This document shows, in pieces, positions 11,456-22,720 of a stretch of 64,000 bases of DNA; the stretch's first letter is position 1, and every line of letters begins with the position of its first letter. A program made the translations under genes and the position numbers. Source of the stretch: Burkholderiaceae bacterium (lineage in GTDB: Bacteria > Pseudomonadota > Gammaproteobacteria > Burkholderiales > Burkholderiaceae); NCBI GenBank assembly GCA_037139315.1, contig JBAXGQ010000002.1, positions 425 to 64,424 on the forward strand, given 5' to 3'. Below the pieces are notes generated by a model, which ran no database searches, had not been told where the DNA came from, and saw only the letters and a list, made by a program, of their open reading frames with translations.

Positions 11456-11578
11456 GTTTTATTGTTGTTAATGTGTTTTTAAAAGTGTTATTTTTTAATT
11501 GTTTAAGCCCACTGTTCGTTTGAATTTAAAGCGAACTAACCGCTGGTCGCAAGACTGCGGCAAAGAAAGGAAAGCATC

Positions 11579-12202
11579 GTGGCACGTTATTTAGGCCCTA
11601 AGGCCAAGTTATCTCGTCGGGAAGGAACCGACCTATTTTTAAAGAGCGCTCGCCGTTCATTATCAGACAAGTGCAAGCTTGATAGTAAGCCTGGTCAGCA
11701 TGGGCGCACTTCGGGCTCACGTACCTCTGATTATGGTAATCAGCTACGTGAAAAACAGAAAGTAAAACGAATTTATGGGGTTTTAGAGCGCCAGTTTCGT
11801 CGTTACTTTGCCGAGGCTGAGCGTCGTAAAGGCAATACGGGTGAAACCCTCTTGCAGTTACTAGAGTCACGTCTTGATAATGTGGTTTATCGCATGGGCT
11901 TTGGCTCAACACGCGCTGAAGCACGTCAATTAGTTTCTCATTGTGCAGTCATGTTAAATGGCAGCGCAGTAAATATTCCATCGATTCAGGTTAAGCCTGG
12001 CGATGTAATCTCAATTCGTGAAAAAGCGAAGAAGCAAAACCGGATTCAAGAATCTTTGAATTTGGTTCAGCAAACTGGCGTCATTAGCTGGGTTTCAGTT
12101 GATGCGGCAAAGCTAGAGGGAACATTTAAGCAAGTGCCCGACCGCGAAGAAATCAGCGGTGATATTAATGAAAGTTTGATCGTCGAATTATATTCGCGCT
12201 AA
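11579..12202 (+). CDS. rpsD: 30S ribosomal protein S4
   Basis: 207 aa with a GTG start; [22 protein letters not shown] and the S4 RNA-binding domain ([11 protein letters not shown]). Confidence 0.97.
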   Translation: MARYLGPKAKLSRREGTDLFLKSARRSLSDKCKLDSKPGQHGRTSGSRTSDYGNQLREKQKVKRIYGVLERQFRRYFAEAERRKGNTGETLLQLLESRLDNVVYRMGFGSTRAEARQLVSHCAVMLNGSAVNIPSIQVKPGDVISIREKAKKQNRIQESLNLVQQTGVISWVSVDAAKLEGTFKQVPDREEISGDINESLIVELYSR

Positions 12203-12225
12203 TTAGGCACCCATAAGGAAAATAT

Positions 12226-13206
12226 ATGCAAACAAACTTGCTCAAGCCAAAAATTATTTCTGTAGAAGCGCTTACCCCCAATCAAGCTAAAGTGGTGATG
12301 GAGCCATTTGAACGTGGTTATGGTCATACACTAGGAAATGCTTTACGTCGGGTATTGCTGTCATCAATGGTTGGCTTTGCGCCAACTGAGGTCGCTATTT
12401 CTGGTGTAGTTCATGAGTATTCCACGCTCGACGGCGTGCAGGAAGATGTTGTTAATCTCTTGCTCAATCTAAAAGGCGTCGTCTTCAAATTACAGTCACG
12501 CGATGAAGTTACGATTAACTTACGCAAAGACGGTCCTGGTGTGGTCACTGCTAAAGATATCGATTTGCCCCATGATGTAGAAATTATTAACCCCGATCAT
12601 GTCATTGCACATTTAGCCGCTGGTGGCAAATTAGATATGCAGATTAAGGTAGAAAAGGGACGCGGTTATATTCCTGGCAATATGCGCCAATATCATGATG
12701 AAACAACAAAACTCATCGGTCGTATTGTCTTGGATGCCTCATTTAGTCCGGTAACACGGGTTAGTTATGCCGTGGAATCAGCGCGGGTAGAACAGCGTAC
12801 TGACTTAGATCGCTTGGTGATGACTATCGAAACTAATGGTGTGATGACCCCGGAAGAGACTATTCGGCAGGCCGCCAGTATTTTGGTCGATCAATTAGTC
12901 GTATTTGCTGCCCTTGAGAGCAGCGAAATCTCTGGTGAGTTAGCACCAAGCCGTTCCTCAATGGTTGATCCAATGTTGATGCGCCCAGTTGACGACCTTG
13001 AGCTTACTGTTCGTTCCGCCAACTGTTTAAAAGCGGAAAACATTTATTACATTGGCGACTTAATTCAGCGCACTGAAAATGAGTTGTTGAAGACGCCTAA
13101 TTTAGGCCGTAAATCATTAAATGAAATTAAAGACGTGTTAGCGGCTCGCGGCTTAAGCCTTGGCATGAAACTCGAGAGTTGGCCGCCTGCCAGCCTTGAG
13201 AAATAA
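12226..13206 (+). CDS. rpoA: DNA-directed RNA polymerase alpha subunit
   Basis: 326 aa; [22 protein letters not shown] in the N-terminal domain and [22 protein letters not shown] in the C-terminal domain. Confidence 0.98.
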   Translation: MQTNLLKPKIISVEALTPNQAKVVMEPFERGYGHTLGNALRRVLLSSMVGFAPTEVAISGVVHEYSTLDGVQEDVVNLLLNLKGVVFKLQSRDEVTINLRKDGPGVVTAKDIDLPHDVEIINPDHVIAHLAAGGKLDMQIKVEKGRGYIPGNMRQYHDETTKLIGRIVLDASFSPVTRVSYAVESARVEQRTDLDRLVMTIETNGVMTPEETIRQAASILVDQLVVFAALESSEISGELAPSRSSMVDPMLMRPVDDLELTVRSANCLKAENIYYIGDLIQRTENELLKTPNLGRKSLNEIKDVLAARGLSLGMKLESWPPASLEK

Positions 13207-13222
13207 TTAGAAAGGAAGCATC

Positions 13223-13618
13223 ATGCGTCACGGAAACGGTTTACGCAAACTTAATCGCACTTCATCCCATCGTTTAGCGATGCTGCGCAATATGTCAAAT
13301 TCGCTTTTGGAGCATGAAGTGATTAAAACCACTTTGCCAAAAGCAAAAGAATTGCGGATGGTTGTGGAGCCTTTAATTACCTTAGGTAAAAAAGATAGCC
13401 TAGCCAATCGTCGTTTGGCTTACAACCGCACGCGTGATCGCGAAATTGTGGCTAAACTATTTACTGAGTTAGGTCCACGCTATGCAACGCGCCCAGGCGG
13501 TTATTTACGCATTTTAAAATTTGGCTTTCGCCAAGGTGATAATGCGCCAATGGCATTAGTAGAATTAGTTGATCGCCCTATTGTTGAAGAGGTTGCAATT
13601 GATGAGAATCCAGCTTAA
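13223..13618 (+). CDS. rplQ: 50S ribosomal protein L17
   Basis: 131 aa; [23 protein letters not shown] is canonical L17. It is the last gene of the alpha operon. Confidence 0.98.
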   Translation: MRHGNGLRKLNRTSSHRLAMLRNMSNSLLEHEVIKTTLPKAKELRMVVEPLITLGKKDSLANRRLAYNRTRDREIVAKLFTELGPRYATRPGGYLRILKFGFRQGDNAPMALVELVDRPIVEEVAIDENPA

Positions 13619-13644
13619 GGGTTCAGTTCAGGTATAGTGAAAAG

Positions 13645-13667
13645 CCAGACTTCGGTCTGGTTTTTTT
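13645..13667 (+). terminator. Rho-independent terminator of the alpha operon
   Basis: CCAGAC-TTCG-GTCTGG hairpin (6-bp stem, UUCG loop) followed by T7, 27 nt after the rplQ stop. Confidence 0.8.
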
Positions 13668-13692
13668 ATTTATTTAGGACAGAATTAAACCG

Positions 13693-15405
13693 ATGCAGCT
13701 AAACAAGACCTTATATACCGCATTACTAACCTTTAGCTTATTTTTTTCTAGCGCTTTCGCGGCGCAGGATTTTTTGCCGCCTGAAAAAGCGTTTCCAGTA
13801 CAGGCTACTTGGTTAGAAAATGGCAGGCAGGTTGAAATTGATTACAAGCCGGTTAAGGGTTATTACATTTATCAGCAGTCATTGCAATTTCACGTACTTG
13901 AAAATGGTCAACCTAATTATCAATTTCGGCCGACATTACCTACTGGCATCAATAAATTTGATCCTACATTTAATAAAAATCTGCTTATCTATAAAGCACC
14001 ATTTCAGGTTCAAATTAATTTAAACCAAGCAATTAGTAGCTCCGGAAAGTCAGTTGTTGAGCTTGGCAATAGCACTAAGGGATTGCTTCTGCAAATTGAA
14101 TTACAAGGCTGCGCTGAGGATGGAATTTGTTATCCTCCGCTGACGCTTAACTTTAATTTAGCTGCACCCGGAGTTAAAGCTGAGCCCATGCCTGATGAAG
14201 CGGCGGCGGCGCCATTACCCCCCGAAAAATTAAATTTAATAGGCTTATTGGGTCAGCGTGATGACATCAATGCAGTTAGCCAATTTTTAGAGCAAGCCTC
14301 AATCCCTTATTTATTTTTAGCCTTTTTTGTTTTAGGTATTGCTTTGGCTTTTACGCCTTGCGTTTTGCCAATGCTACCCATTTTATCGAGCGTTATTTTT
14401 AATTCGGGCACCAATCAGCCCATCAAAAAAAGACGCGCTGCAGTTCTAGCTAGCGCCTATATATTGGGTATGGCAAGCCTGTATTCAGTGGCAGGTATGC
14501 TGATGGCGGCATTAGGTAGTGGCGCTCAGGCAGCGTTACAAAATCCCTATGTCTTATTGGCTTTTGCCCTAGTGCTATTGGCTTTAGCGGGTAGCCTATT
14601 TGGTTTTTATCACTTACGTTTACCGCAGGCTTGGCATCAGTCTATCGACCAGCTTGCAGGACGCCAAAAAGGCGGCAGTATCGTTGGCGCCTTCATTTTG
14701 GGCGGGCTCTCTACCTTAATTGCTAGCCCTTGTATTACCGCACCCTTAGCGGGCGTTTTGGCTTTTATTGCGCAAACTGGGTCTGTCGCGTTGGGCGGCG
14801 GCTTACTATTTATTATGGCGCTTGGCATGGGCCTACCGCTTTTATTTATTGCCCTAGAAGTACGTATCTTGATACCAACAACTGGCAGATGGATGGTATG
14901 GCTTCAACGCACCCTAGGCGTTTTATTGGTTGGTCTGGCTATTTGGATCGTTTGGCCCGCTTTTTTCTCTGAGTCTAATGCCCTTTTTGCGAGTAAATCA
15001 TTAACTCAATCTGCGTCGGGTACACAGCGAATCATTGCGCCTAATTTAAGTTTCACAGTCATTCAATCTACTGCTGAATTAAAGCAAGTGCTTGCAAAAG
15101 CCCAGTTAGATCAGCGCCCAGTATTACTCGATTTTTATGCCGATTGGTGCATTAGTTGCAAAGAAATGGAACACCTTACCTTGTCTAATCCTGCAGTGGT
15201 TCAGGCTTTAGGCAAGTTTAATTTAGTGCAGGCAGATGTGACCAAAAATACGCCAGAAAGCCAAGCTCTGCTTAAGCAATTTAATTTATTTGGACCGCCA
15301 GCGATTTTATTTTTTGATGCCGCAGGTCGTGAGCAAAAAACCCGGCGGGTAATTGGGTTTATGTCAGCCCAGCATTTTTTAGATTATCTTAAACAGCTGC
15401 AGTAA
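13693..15405 (+). CDS. dsbD: Thiol:disulfide interchange protein DsbD
   Basis: 570 aa. It has a signal peptide, an N-terminal periplasmic domain, a multi-pass core with FTPCVLPMLP, and a C-terminal thioredoxin domain with WCISC. Confidence 0.9.
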   Translation: MQLNKTLYTALLTFSLFFSSAFAAQDFLPPEKAFPVQATWLENGRQVEIDYKPVKGYYIYQQSLQFHVLENGQPNYQFRPTLPTGINKFDPTFNKNLLIYKAPFQVQINLNQAISSSGKSVVELGNSTKGLLLQIELQGCAEDGICYPPLTLNFNLAAPGVKAEPMPDEAAAAPLPPEKLNLIGLLGQRDDINAVSQFLEQASIPYLFLAFFVLGIALAFTPCVLPMLPILSSVIFNSGTNQPIKKRRAAVLASAYILGMASLYSVAGMLMAALGSGAQAALQNPYVLLAFALVLLALAGSLFGFYHLRLPQAWHQSIDQLAGRQKGGSIVGAFILGGLSTLIASPCITAPLAGVLAFIAQTGSVALGGGLLFIMALGMGLPLLFIALEVRILIPTTGRWMVWLQRTLGVLLVGLAIWIVWPAFFSESNALFASKSLTQSASGTQRIIAPNLSFTVIQSTAELKQVLAKAQLDQRPVLLDFYADWCISCKEMEHLTLSNPAVVQALGKFNLVQADVTKNTPESQALLKQFNLFGPPAILFFDAAGREQKTRRVIGFMSAQHFLDYLKQLQ

Positions 15406-15433
15406 TTCAGCTTAGAAGAACTTTTTAAATAAT

Positions 15434-16435
<1,002 letters not shown>

Positions 16436-17113
16436 TTAGTTTTCCTCAGTTTGTGAAGTTGTATCAACTTCAGTGGTAGCGTCAAACAACCAATTGATAA
16501 TAATTTTATCTGCTTCTATTAGCCCAATTCGTTTAGTGCTAGAAAAGAGTTGCGCAGTGATTTGCGGATGTGGGTTAGTCAAATTGACCGCGGGCCCAGC
16601 TAGTTCCGCCAATCTTTTCTCTACGGCCTCTAGAGTGTGGCGACATTCGCTATTGTTGAGCTTATCGCATTTACTGAGAAGTAAATGAATCGGTTTGCCG
16701 GTTGGTAAAAACCATTGAATCATTTGTTCATCTAAGTCAGTCATACCGCGGCGTGAATCAATGATTAAAATCATGCCAACGAGTTCGGGACGTTCTTGCA
16801 AATAGTCGCTGACTAAACTATTCCAGTGATAGCGGGTTTCATGATTGACGGCGGCATAGCCATAGCCGGGCAAATCAACGATATAAGCTAGCAAATCGTC
16901 TTTCGCAAACACACCAAAATAATTAATATGTTGCGTACGGCCAGGCGTTTTACTTGCAAAAGCCAAGCGCTTTTGATTGCATAAAACATTAATAGCACTC
17001 GATTTACCGGCATTTGAGCGCCCGGCAAAGGCCACTTCCCGCAGGGGGCCCTGGGGCAGACAATGTAAATCGTTTACCGTGGTAAAAAAGCGGGATTGGA
17101 AGAGTTTAGACAT
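16436..17113 (-). CDS. engB: Ribosome-biogenesis GTPase EngB/YihA
   Basis: 225 aa; G1 motif GRSNAGKSS and G3 motif DLPGYG. Its stop codon abuts the hemB start codon with no gap. Confidence 0.93.
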   Translation of the reverse strand: MSKLFQSRFFTTVNDLHCLPQGPLREVAFAGRSNAGKSSAINVLCNQKRLAFASKTPGRTQHINYFGVFAKDDLLAYIVDLPGYGYAAVNHETRYHWNSLVSDYLQERPELVGMILIIDSRRGMTDLDEQMIQWFLPTGKPIHLLLSKCDKLNNSECRHTLEAVEKRLAELAGPAVNLTNPHPQITAQLFSSTKRIGLIEADKIIINWLFDATTEVDTTSQTEEN

Positions 17114-17216
17114 GTCTGGAAGCTATTGTAAAATCACCTAAATTATTAAGATCTGAGGGATTTGGCCGGCAATAACCAGCCAAATTTTCTAAGGAATTTT
17201 TGCTAAGGTAAACATA

Positions 17217-17990
17217 ATGCTTCATTGCTCCCAAATCTCCAAATTACCCCGCTTAAAAGAGCTCTTTTTAAGCCTATGTAGTATTTTCTTATTATCTGCT
17301 AGCGGCTCTGCAGCCAGTGCAAATGAACCAGCTAAAGCGGTGCCAGCGGCTGCGGTGCCAGCGGCTGCCGTGGCAGCTACTCCAGCAGCTGCTCCAGTAG
17401 CTCCTGCTACCATTGCGGCAAAGCCTAGTAAGGGCGATGCGACCGCAGGTGAAGCCCTCTATAACAGTGGAGATGCCAGCCGTGGCGTGGTGGCTTGCAT
17501 CACATGCCATGGCCCTAAAGGCATGAGCGCAGTGGCTACTTGGCCTAAATTAGCGGCACAACATGGAACGTATTTAACCAAGCAATTAAAAAATTATAAA
17601 GATGGTACCCGAGCCAACCCTATCATGATGGGCATGGCAGCCGCTTTGACTGAGCAAGATATGCTCAATTTGGCAGCGTTTTTGGTAAAACAGGCGCCTC
17701 CCCAAGGTGAGGCCCAAGACAAGGCTACCCTCGAGCTAGGGCAGTTAATTTATCGTGGCGGGATTGCTGCAAAAGGTATTCCAGCTTGTTCAGCTTGTCA
17801 TAGCCCAAATGGGGCTGGTATTCCTGCGCAATATCCCCGCTTGGGAGGCCAATGGGCCGAATACAACGCGGCACAACTGGGTTATTTCCGCGATGGTACT
17901 CGCAAAAATGTGCAAATGAATATGATCGCCGTCAAACTATCGGATCTTGAAATGAAGGCCGTTACCGATTACATGGCTGGACTCCACTAA
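17217..17990 (+). CDS. Di-haem cytochrome c4 family protein with an N-terminal Ala/Pro-rich linker
   Basis: 257 aa with two CxxCH haem sites (CITCH, CSACH). A hydrophobic N-terminus is followed by about 40 aa of A/P/V repeats. Confidence 0.88.
   Translation: MLHCSQISKLPRLKELFLSLCSIFLLSASGSAASANEPAKAVPAAAVPAAAVAATPAAAPVAPATIAAKPSKGDATAGEALYNSGDASRGVVACITCHGPKGMSAVATWPKLAAQHGTYLTKQLKNYKDGTRANPIMMGMAAALTEQDMLNLAAFLVKQAPPQGEAQDKATLELGQLIYRGGIAAKGIPACSACHSPNGAGIPAQYPRLGGQWAEYNAAQLGYFRDGTRKNVQMNMIAVKLSDLEMKAVTDYMAGLH
17337..17366 (+). repeat. Perfect 2 x 15-bp tandem repeat inside the cytochrome c4 linker
   Basis: GCGGTGCCAGCGGCT occurs twice in tandem (17337-17351 and 17352-17366), followed by a degenerate third copy. 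It encodes AVPAA-AVPAA. Confidence 0.9.
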
Positions 17991-18002
17991 GGTAGCGATA
18001 GA

Positions 18003-19322
18003 CTACTTTTTTTGCGGCAAGAGGCGTTCTTTCGACAATAACTCGGTGATGGTTTCACGTTCGCGGATAACGTAGGCCTGGTTGCCGTCAACCATCACTT
18101 CAGCCGGTCTAGGACGAGTATTGTAATTTGAGGCCATGGTAAAGCCATAGGCCCCGGCCGATAAAATGGCTAAGTAATCATTTGCTTTAATTGCCAAAGA
18201 ACGATCTTTTCCAAGCCAGTCACCCGATTCACAAACTGGGCCAACGACATCATAAATTTGTGCTTCTACCCCATTTTTTTGAAGCGCCACAATGGCGTGA
18301 TAAGCGCTATAAAGAGCGGGCCGCAGTAAATCATTCATCGCCGCATCGACAATACAAAAGTTTTTACTCGCGCCTAGTTTGATGTATTCAACCCGCGTGA
18401 GTAAAGCGCCGGCATTACCGACCAGCGAACGTCCAGGTTCAAGAAGAATTTCTAGGTTAGCAAAGCCACGTTCAGCAATTCGGTCTAATAGTGCGTTAGT
18501 AAACTCGGTGGTAGCTGGCGGGCTTTCATTGCCATAATCAATACCAAGTCCACCACCTAAATCAAGATGACGCAACCCAATACCCTCTTTTTTAAGTTGC
18601 GTCACTAAATCAAGCACTTTATCCAATGCATCAAGATAAGGCGCAGTAGAGGTAATTTGTGAGCCAATATGACAATCAATTCCTACTACATCAAGATGCG
18701 AAAGTAGCGCAGCTTCACGATAGGTTTTTAGAATTTCATGATAAGCAATACCAAACTTGTTATCTTTAAGGCCGGTAGAAATATAGGGGTGGGTTTGTGC
18801 ATCAACATCAGGATTAACCCGCAGCGAAATTGGCGCACGACAAGATAATTCTGCAGCGATGTGATTAATTTGTTCGAGCTCAGCAATCGATTCGACATTT
18901 AAGCATTTCACTCCAACCGTGAGGGCCAGCCGAATTTCAGCAGCAGATTTACCGACGCCTGCAAAAACTAAGCTGGCCGGATCCGCACCAATTGCAAGTG
19001 CTCGCTCGAGTTCGCCGCCACTTACCAAATCAAAGCCTGCGCCAAGCTCTTTAAAACAATTCATCACGGCAAGATTGCTATTCGCTTTTACTGCAAAGAA
19101 AATTCGCGCCCGCCTTTTACCATCTGCATTCAAGCAGGCCTGCTCATAAGCTGTAAATGCAGTGACCAAGGCATTTTTACTATAAACATAAAGTGGTGTG
19201 CCAAATTGCTCTGCTAATTGAGTTAAGGGGAGTTCTTCGATAAACCAGTGGCCATCGCGTTCAGAAAACCCCGCCAAGTTTTGTGAGGCTGGCAAAGGAT
19301 CGAGATGATTAGGTTTACTCAT
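18003..19322 (-). CDS. lysA: Diaminopimelate decarboxylase
   Basis: 439 aa fold-III PLP decarboxylase; FAVKANSN (PLP lysine), LDLGGGLGI and CESGD motifs. Confidence 0.95.
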   Translation of the reverse strand: MSKPNHLDPLPASQNLAGFSERDGHWFIEELPLTQLAEQFGTPLYVYSKNALVTAFTAYEQACLNADGKRRARIFFAVKANSNLAVMNCFKELGAGFDLVSGGELERALAIGADPASLVFAGVGKSAAEIRLALTVGVKCLNVESIAELEQINHIAAELSCRAPISLRVNPDVDAQTHPYISTGLKDNKFGIAYHEILKTYREAALLSHLDVVGIDCHIGSQITSTAPYLDALDKVLDLVTQLKKEGIGLRHLDLGGGLGIDYGNESPPATTEFTNALLDRIAERGFANLEILLEPGRSLVGNAGALLTRVEYIKLGASKNFCIVDAAMNDLLRPALYSAYHAIVALQKNGVEAQIYDVVGPVCESGDWLGKDRSLAIKANDYLAILSAGAYGFTMASNYNTRPRPAEVMVDGNQAYVIRERETITELLSKERLLPQKK

Positions 19323-19525
19323 TTGTTTTCCTCAGGTGAGGCCACCATATTATCTGCATCACTATTTGGGCTTGGCGGAGGGTACAGCTTGCCCTTTGGC
19401 TCAGCTTGGGCAGGAACAGGCGGTATATTTGGCACGCTTGGCAAATATAGGGCACCTCTTACCCCACATCCTATGAGGGATATTATGATGCTAAAACTAA
19501 AGGCTCGAATAAGAATCGCTATCAT
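19319..19525 (-). CDS. lptM: Small lipoprotein of the LptM/YifL family
   Basis: 68 aa. Lipobox LIGC is followed by GVRGALYLP, compared with GLKGPLYFP in E. coli YifL, then a Pro-rich tail. It overlaps the lysA start by 4 bp. YifL-type genes classically sit next to cyaY and DAP-pathway genes. Confidence 0.75.
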   Translation of the reverse strand: MIAILIRAFSFSIIISLIGCGVRGALYLPSVPNIPPVPAQAEPKGKLYPPPSPNSDADNMVASPEENK

Positions 19526-19527
19526 GA

Positions 19528-19941
19528 ATGTCTCTAAAACGAATGATTGAATATAGCATGCAGCATCAAGTAAATACCGCAGCCGCCGAACCCATTGACG
19601 ATAAACAATTTCATCAGCTTGCTAGCCAGCTCTTACACTCGCTCGAGATTGCTCTTGAGGCTGCCGATGATCATTTAGATCTTGATTTAGATGTCGAGCG
19701 TCAAGGTGGCAATGTGATTAATATTCGTTTTCGTGACCGAAGCGTTATTGTGATTAACAGCCAGCCTCCCTTACACGAAATTTGGGTGGCAGCTAAGGCC
19801 GGTGGTTTTCATTATCGTTGGGCCGGTACGTTTACATCACCACTTTGGGTCGACTATAAAACAGGTAGAGAATTATTAAGTGACTTAACGCAATTTGTTA
19901 GCGCGCAGGCTGGCCAACCCGTTGCTTTAGAGCTGCATTAA
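19528..19941 (+). CDS. cyaY: Frataxin-like iron donor CyaY
   Basis: DKQFHQLASQLLHSLE...GNVINIRF...VINSQPPLHEIWVAAKAGGFHY matches CyaY. The true start may be the internal ATG at 19558, since a 137-aa product is long for the family. Confidence 0.9.
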   Translation: MSLKRMIEYSMQHQVNTAAAEPIDDKQFHQLASQLLHSLEIALEAADDHLDLDLDVERQGGNVINIRFRDRSVIVINSQPPLHEIWVAAKAGGFHYRWAGTFTSPLWVDYKTGRELLSDLTQFVSAQAGQPVALELH

Positions 19942-19943
19942 AA

Positions 19944-21026
19944 CTAAGCGGCACCTGTCGCTAATAAAGTTTCTTTAACTAGAGTCTCAGGAGCAGCCTC
20001 AATAATGGCTGCGCCCAATGGGTCTAGCACCACATAGCGAATTTGACCACCTGCAGTTTTTTTATCTAACTGCATTAATTCTAGATAGCGCTCAAGTCCA
20101 AGCTTTGGCGCTTCAGTAGGCAGACCCATGGCATGAATTAGCCGCTTTAGGCGTTGCACCTCGGGTGCTTGAAGTTTTCCTAGGCGCATTGAGAGATCAG
20201 CAGCCATCACCATTCCACAACCAACTGCTTCACCATGTAACCATGTGCCAAATCCAAGACCAGCCTCAATTGCATGACCAAAGGTATGACCAAAATTTAA
20301 GGTTGCACGAACATTACTTTCGCGTTCATCAGCAGCAACGATGGCGGCTTTAATTTTGCAAGAGCGCAGTATTGCATGCGTTAGTGCAGTGGGTTCGCAG
20401 GCTAATAAGGCGGCCGTATTTTTTTCAATCCAGGCAAGAAACTGAATATCTGCCATCGCACCATGTTTAATCACTTCTGCTAGGCCCGCTGAAAGTTCGC
20501 GCGGAGGTAATGTTTGTAAGGTACTTAAATCAGCAATAACAGCAACGGGCTGATGAAAAGCGCCAATCATATTTTTACCAAGCGGATGATTAATGCCCGT
20601 TTTTCCACCCACCGAGGAATCAACTTGAGCTAATAATGTTGTTGGTACTTGAATAAAGCGAATGCCACGCATGAAGCTTGCTGCAGCAAAACCGGCCATA
20701 TCGCCAATAACTCCTCCACCAAGAGCAATGATGGCACTATCGCGATCGGCTCCGCCTTGCAGCATCGCATCAAAAATGGTTTGTAAATGGGCCCAGTCTT
20801 TGTAAGACTCACCATCAGGTAAAACGATCAGACGAACTTGTTTTTTTAGCTGTTCAAGGGTTTTTTTGAGCGCGTCTGCATATAGTGGCGCTACGGTTGA
20901 ATTGGTGACAATAAAAACTACCTCACCCCTTAGGTGGGGACGAAAGAGAGCAGCTTGGTGGATTAAATCGCTGCCAATGTAAATAGGATAACTGCGCTTA
21001 CCCAGTTCGACTGTGAGTGTATTCAT
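19944..21026 (-). CDS. aroB: 3-dehydroquinate synthase
   Basis: 360 aa; [24 protein letters not shown] and [11 protein letters not shown] motifs. Confidence 0.96.
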   Translation of the reverse strand: MNTLTVELGKRSYPIYIGSDLIHQAALFRPHLRGEVVFIVTNSTVAPLYADALKKTLEQLKKQVRLIVLPDGESYKDWAHLQTIFDAMLQGGADRDSAIIALGGGVIGDMAGFAAASFMRGIRFIQVPTTLLAQVDSSVGGKTGINHPLGKNMIGAFHQPVAVIADLSTLQTLPPRELSAGLAEVIKHGAMADIQFLAWIEKNTAALLACEPTALTHAILRSCKIKAAIVAADERESNVRATLNFGHTFGHAIEAGLGFGTWLHGEAVGCGMVMAADLSMRLGKLQAPEVQRLKRLIHAMGLPTEAPKLGLERYLELMQLDKKTAGGQIRYVVLDPLGAAIIEAAPETLVKETLLATGAA

Positions 21027-21556
21027 GGGGCTAATTCTAGTTGCATCAACAAAGTATGAACTAATTGATTAACGCTAGGTCTGCCAGTTTCAATAATATG
21101 TGTGGCAATACTCCGATAAAGTGGGTCACGTTCGGCATACAGCGTTGTCAAAATTTGGCGTGGGTCACCTTTTTGCAAGAGGGGACGCCCTTCACCACCT
21201 CTAGTGCGATGCCAAAGTTCATTCGGGTTAGCGTGCAAATAAATGACGACCCCGTGTGAGCTTAAGGCCTGCCGATTTTCAACGGCAAGAATCGAGCCCC
21301 CGCCGGTAGCCAAAATAATGTCCTGTTCTTGGGTAAGTTCAGCAATCATTTGGGCTTCACGTTTACGAAATCCAGACTCCCCTTCCATTTCGAAAATAAG
21401 GGGAATTTTGACGCCGCAGCGCTCCTCAATCGCCTGGTCGCTATCAATAAAACGGCGTCCCAGTTTGCGGGCTAATAATTTCCCCACGGTAGACTTGCCA
21501 GCCCCCATGAGGCCGATTAAGAAAATATTGCTCGAATTGTTGGGTAAGGTGTTCAC
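21023..21556 (-). CDS. aroK: Shikimate kinase
   Basis: 177 aa; Walker [12 protein letters not shown]. It overlaps aroB by 4 bp, the classical aroK-aroB pair. Confidence 0.96.
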   Translation of the reverse strand: MNTLPNNSSNIFLIGLMGAGKSTVGKLLARKLGRRFIDSDQAIEERCGVKIPLIFEMEGESGFRKREAQMIAELTQEQDIILATGGGSILAVENRQALSSHGVVIYLHANPNELWHRTRGGEGRPLLQKGDPRQILTTLYAERDPLYRSIATHIIETGRPSVNQLVHTLLMQLELAP

Positions 21557-21568
21557 ACCCCGATTTTA

Positions 21569-22720
21569 TTAGGGTTTGCTCAAGACCGTAGGGGTGAGGA
21601 AAACCAGCAACTCTTTTTTATCCTGAAGTTTGGCGCTATGCCTAAATAAATGGCCCAGAATGGGGATATCTCCAAGGAGCGGGACTTTGACGATGTCTTC
21701 ACGCTCAATAGTTTGATAAATTCCGCCAATAATGACTGTACCGCCATTTTCTACGGTTACTTCCGAGCTCAGCGTTTTTGTGTCAATGGCATAGCCTTGT
21801 TCAGTTTTCATGCCAATAGTATCTTTAGTAATGCCCACCAACATCGAAATCATCCCGTCGGGATGAATTTTAGGGATCACTTCTAGACGCAGGTTTGCTT
21901 TACGAAATTGCAACTTACTGCCGCTTTGAGATGAAACTTGATAAGGTAATTCAGTGCCCTGCTCAATGGTTGCTTTGACTTGATCTGAGGTCATGATACG
22001 GGGGTTCGAAATGACCTTACCTTGGCCTTGAGCCTCTAAGGCAGAAAGCTCAGCTTGCAAAAGACCGCTAGCATTTTTTGTTAAGAGAGTAGCGGCAGCA
22101 CTAACAGGGCTAAAGCCGTTTAAGCCGGCACCCGCCAAATCAAACCCCGAGTTAATTTTAGGCTGCAAATGTGAGCTTGCCCCTTCACCTAGAAAACTCA
22201 GCTTAGCACCAAGATCACGAGCAAAGCGGTCATCGGCCTCAACGATTCTTGCCTCAATTAATATTTGTTGCGGGCTCTGAGGATGGTCTCCGCCAAATGG
22301 TAAGGCTGCATCTTCGCGACGGTGTTTTTGAAAGGCATTAATTTCGGCGTAGGGACCAATCCAGAAAATATCGCCATGTCTTAACATGCTCAAACCCTTG
22401 CTAGCTAAGATGGATTGCACAGCACTACTCCAGGGAATTTGCTGAAGATCAACTGAAATCGTCCCCTGGATCGATTCACTAATTAAAAAATTCGTTTGCC
22501 CAAGACGTGCTAATTCTTTGAGCAATGTACTCACTTCAATATTGGCAAAATAGAGGCTAATGGTTTTTGCTTGAGCAGCTTGCGCAACTTGATGTGCGCC
22601 ATTTAGCGCTCTATTTACAGATGGATCTGCGTAAGCCTGCACAAGGTGTAGCGCCCATACTAAAAATAGTAATCCAACAAAACGTGCGTAGCAGCTAAAA
22701 TAATGACGGTTGAGAATCAT
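21569..22720 (-). CDS. Short type IV pilus/competence secretin (PilQ/HofQ family)
   Basis: 383 aa. It has a signal peptide and an N0-like domain (ISLYFANIEVSTLLKELARLGQTNFLISESIQGTISVDLQQIPW). The C-terminal secretin domain contains ILIEARIVEADDRFARDLG, GKVISNPRIMT, VPLLGDIPILGHLFR and ELLVFLTPTV. It sits in the conserved position upstream of aroK. Confidence 0.85.
   Translation of the reverse strand: MILNRHYFSCYARFVGLLFLVWALHLVQAYADPSVNRALNGAHQVAQAAQAKTISLYFANIEVSTLLKELARLGQTNFLISESIQGTISVDLQQIPWSSAVQSILASKGLSMLRHGDIFWIGPYAEINAFQKHRREDAALPFGGDHPQSPQQILIEARIVEADDRFARDLGAKLSFLGEGASSHLQPKINSGFDLAGAGLNGFSPVSAAATLLTKNASGLLQAELSALEAQGQGKVISNPRIMTSDQVKATIEQGTELPYQVSSQSGSKLQFRKANLRLEVIPKIHPDGMISMLVGITKDTIGMKTEQGYAIDTKTLSSEVTVENGGTVIIGGIYQTIEREDIVKVPLLGDIPILGHLFRHSAKLQDKKELLVFLTPTVLSKP

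Noticed and set aside
17160-17185. Hairpin ATTTGGC...GCCAAAT in the engB/cytochrome c4 divergent spacer.
   Set aside because: The stem is short and interrupted, the T-run is weak, and there is no obvious link to a known operator. It probably belongs to a 5' UTR or arose by chance.
19305-19550. 81-aa plus-strand ORF across the lysA-cyaY junction.
   Set aside because: It is the mirror image of the minus-strand ORF that carries a lipobox and the LptM GxxGxLYxP motif. The plus-strand product has no recognisable features.
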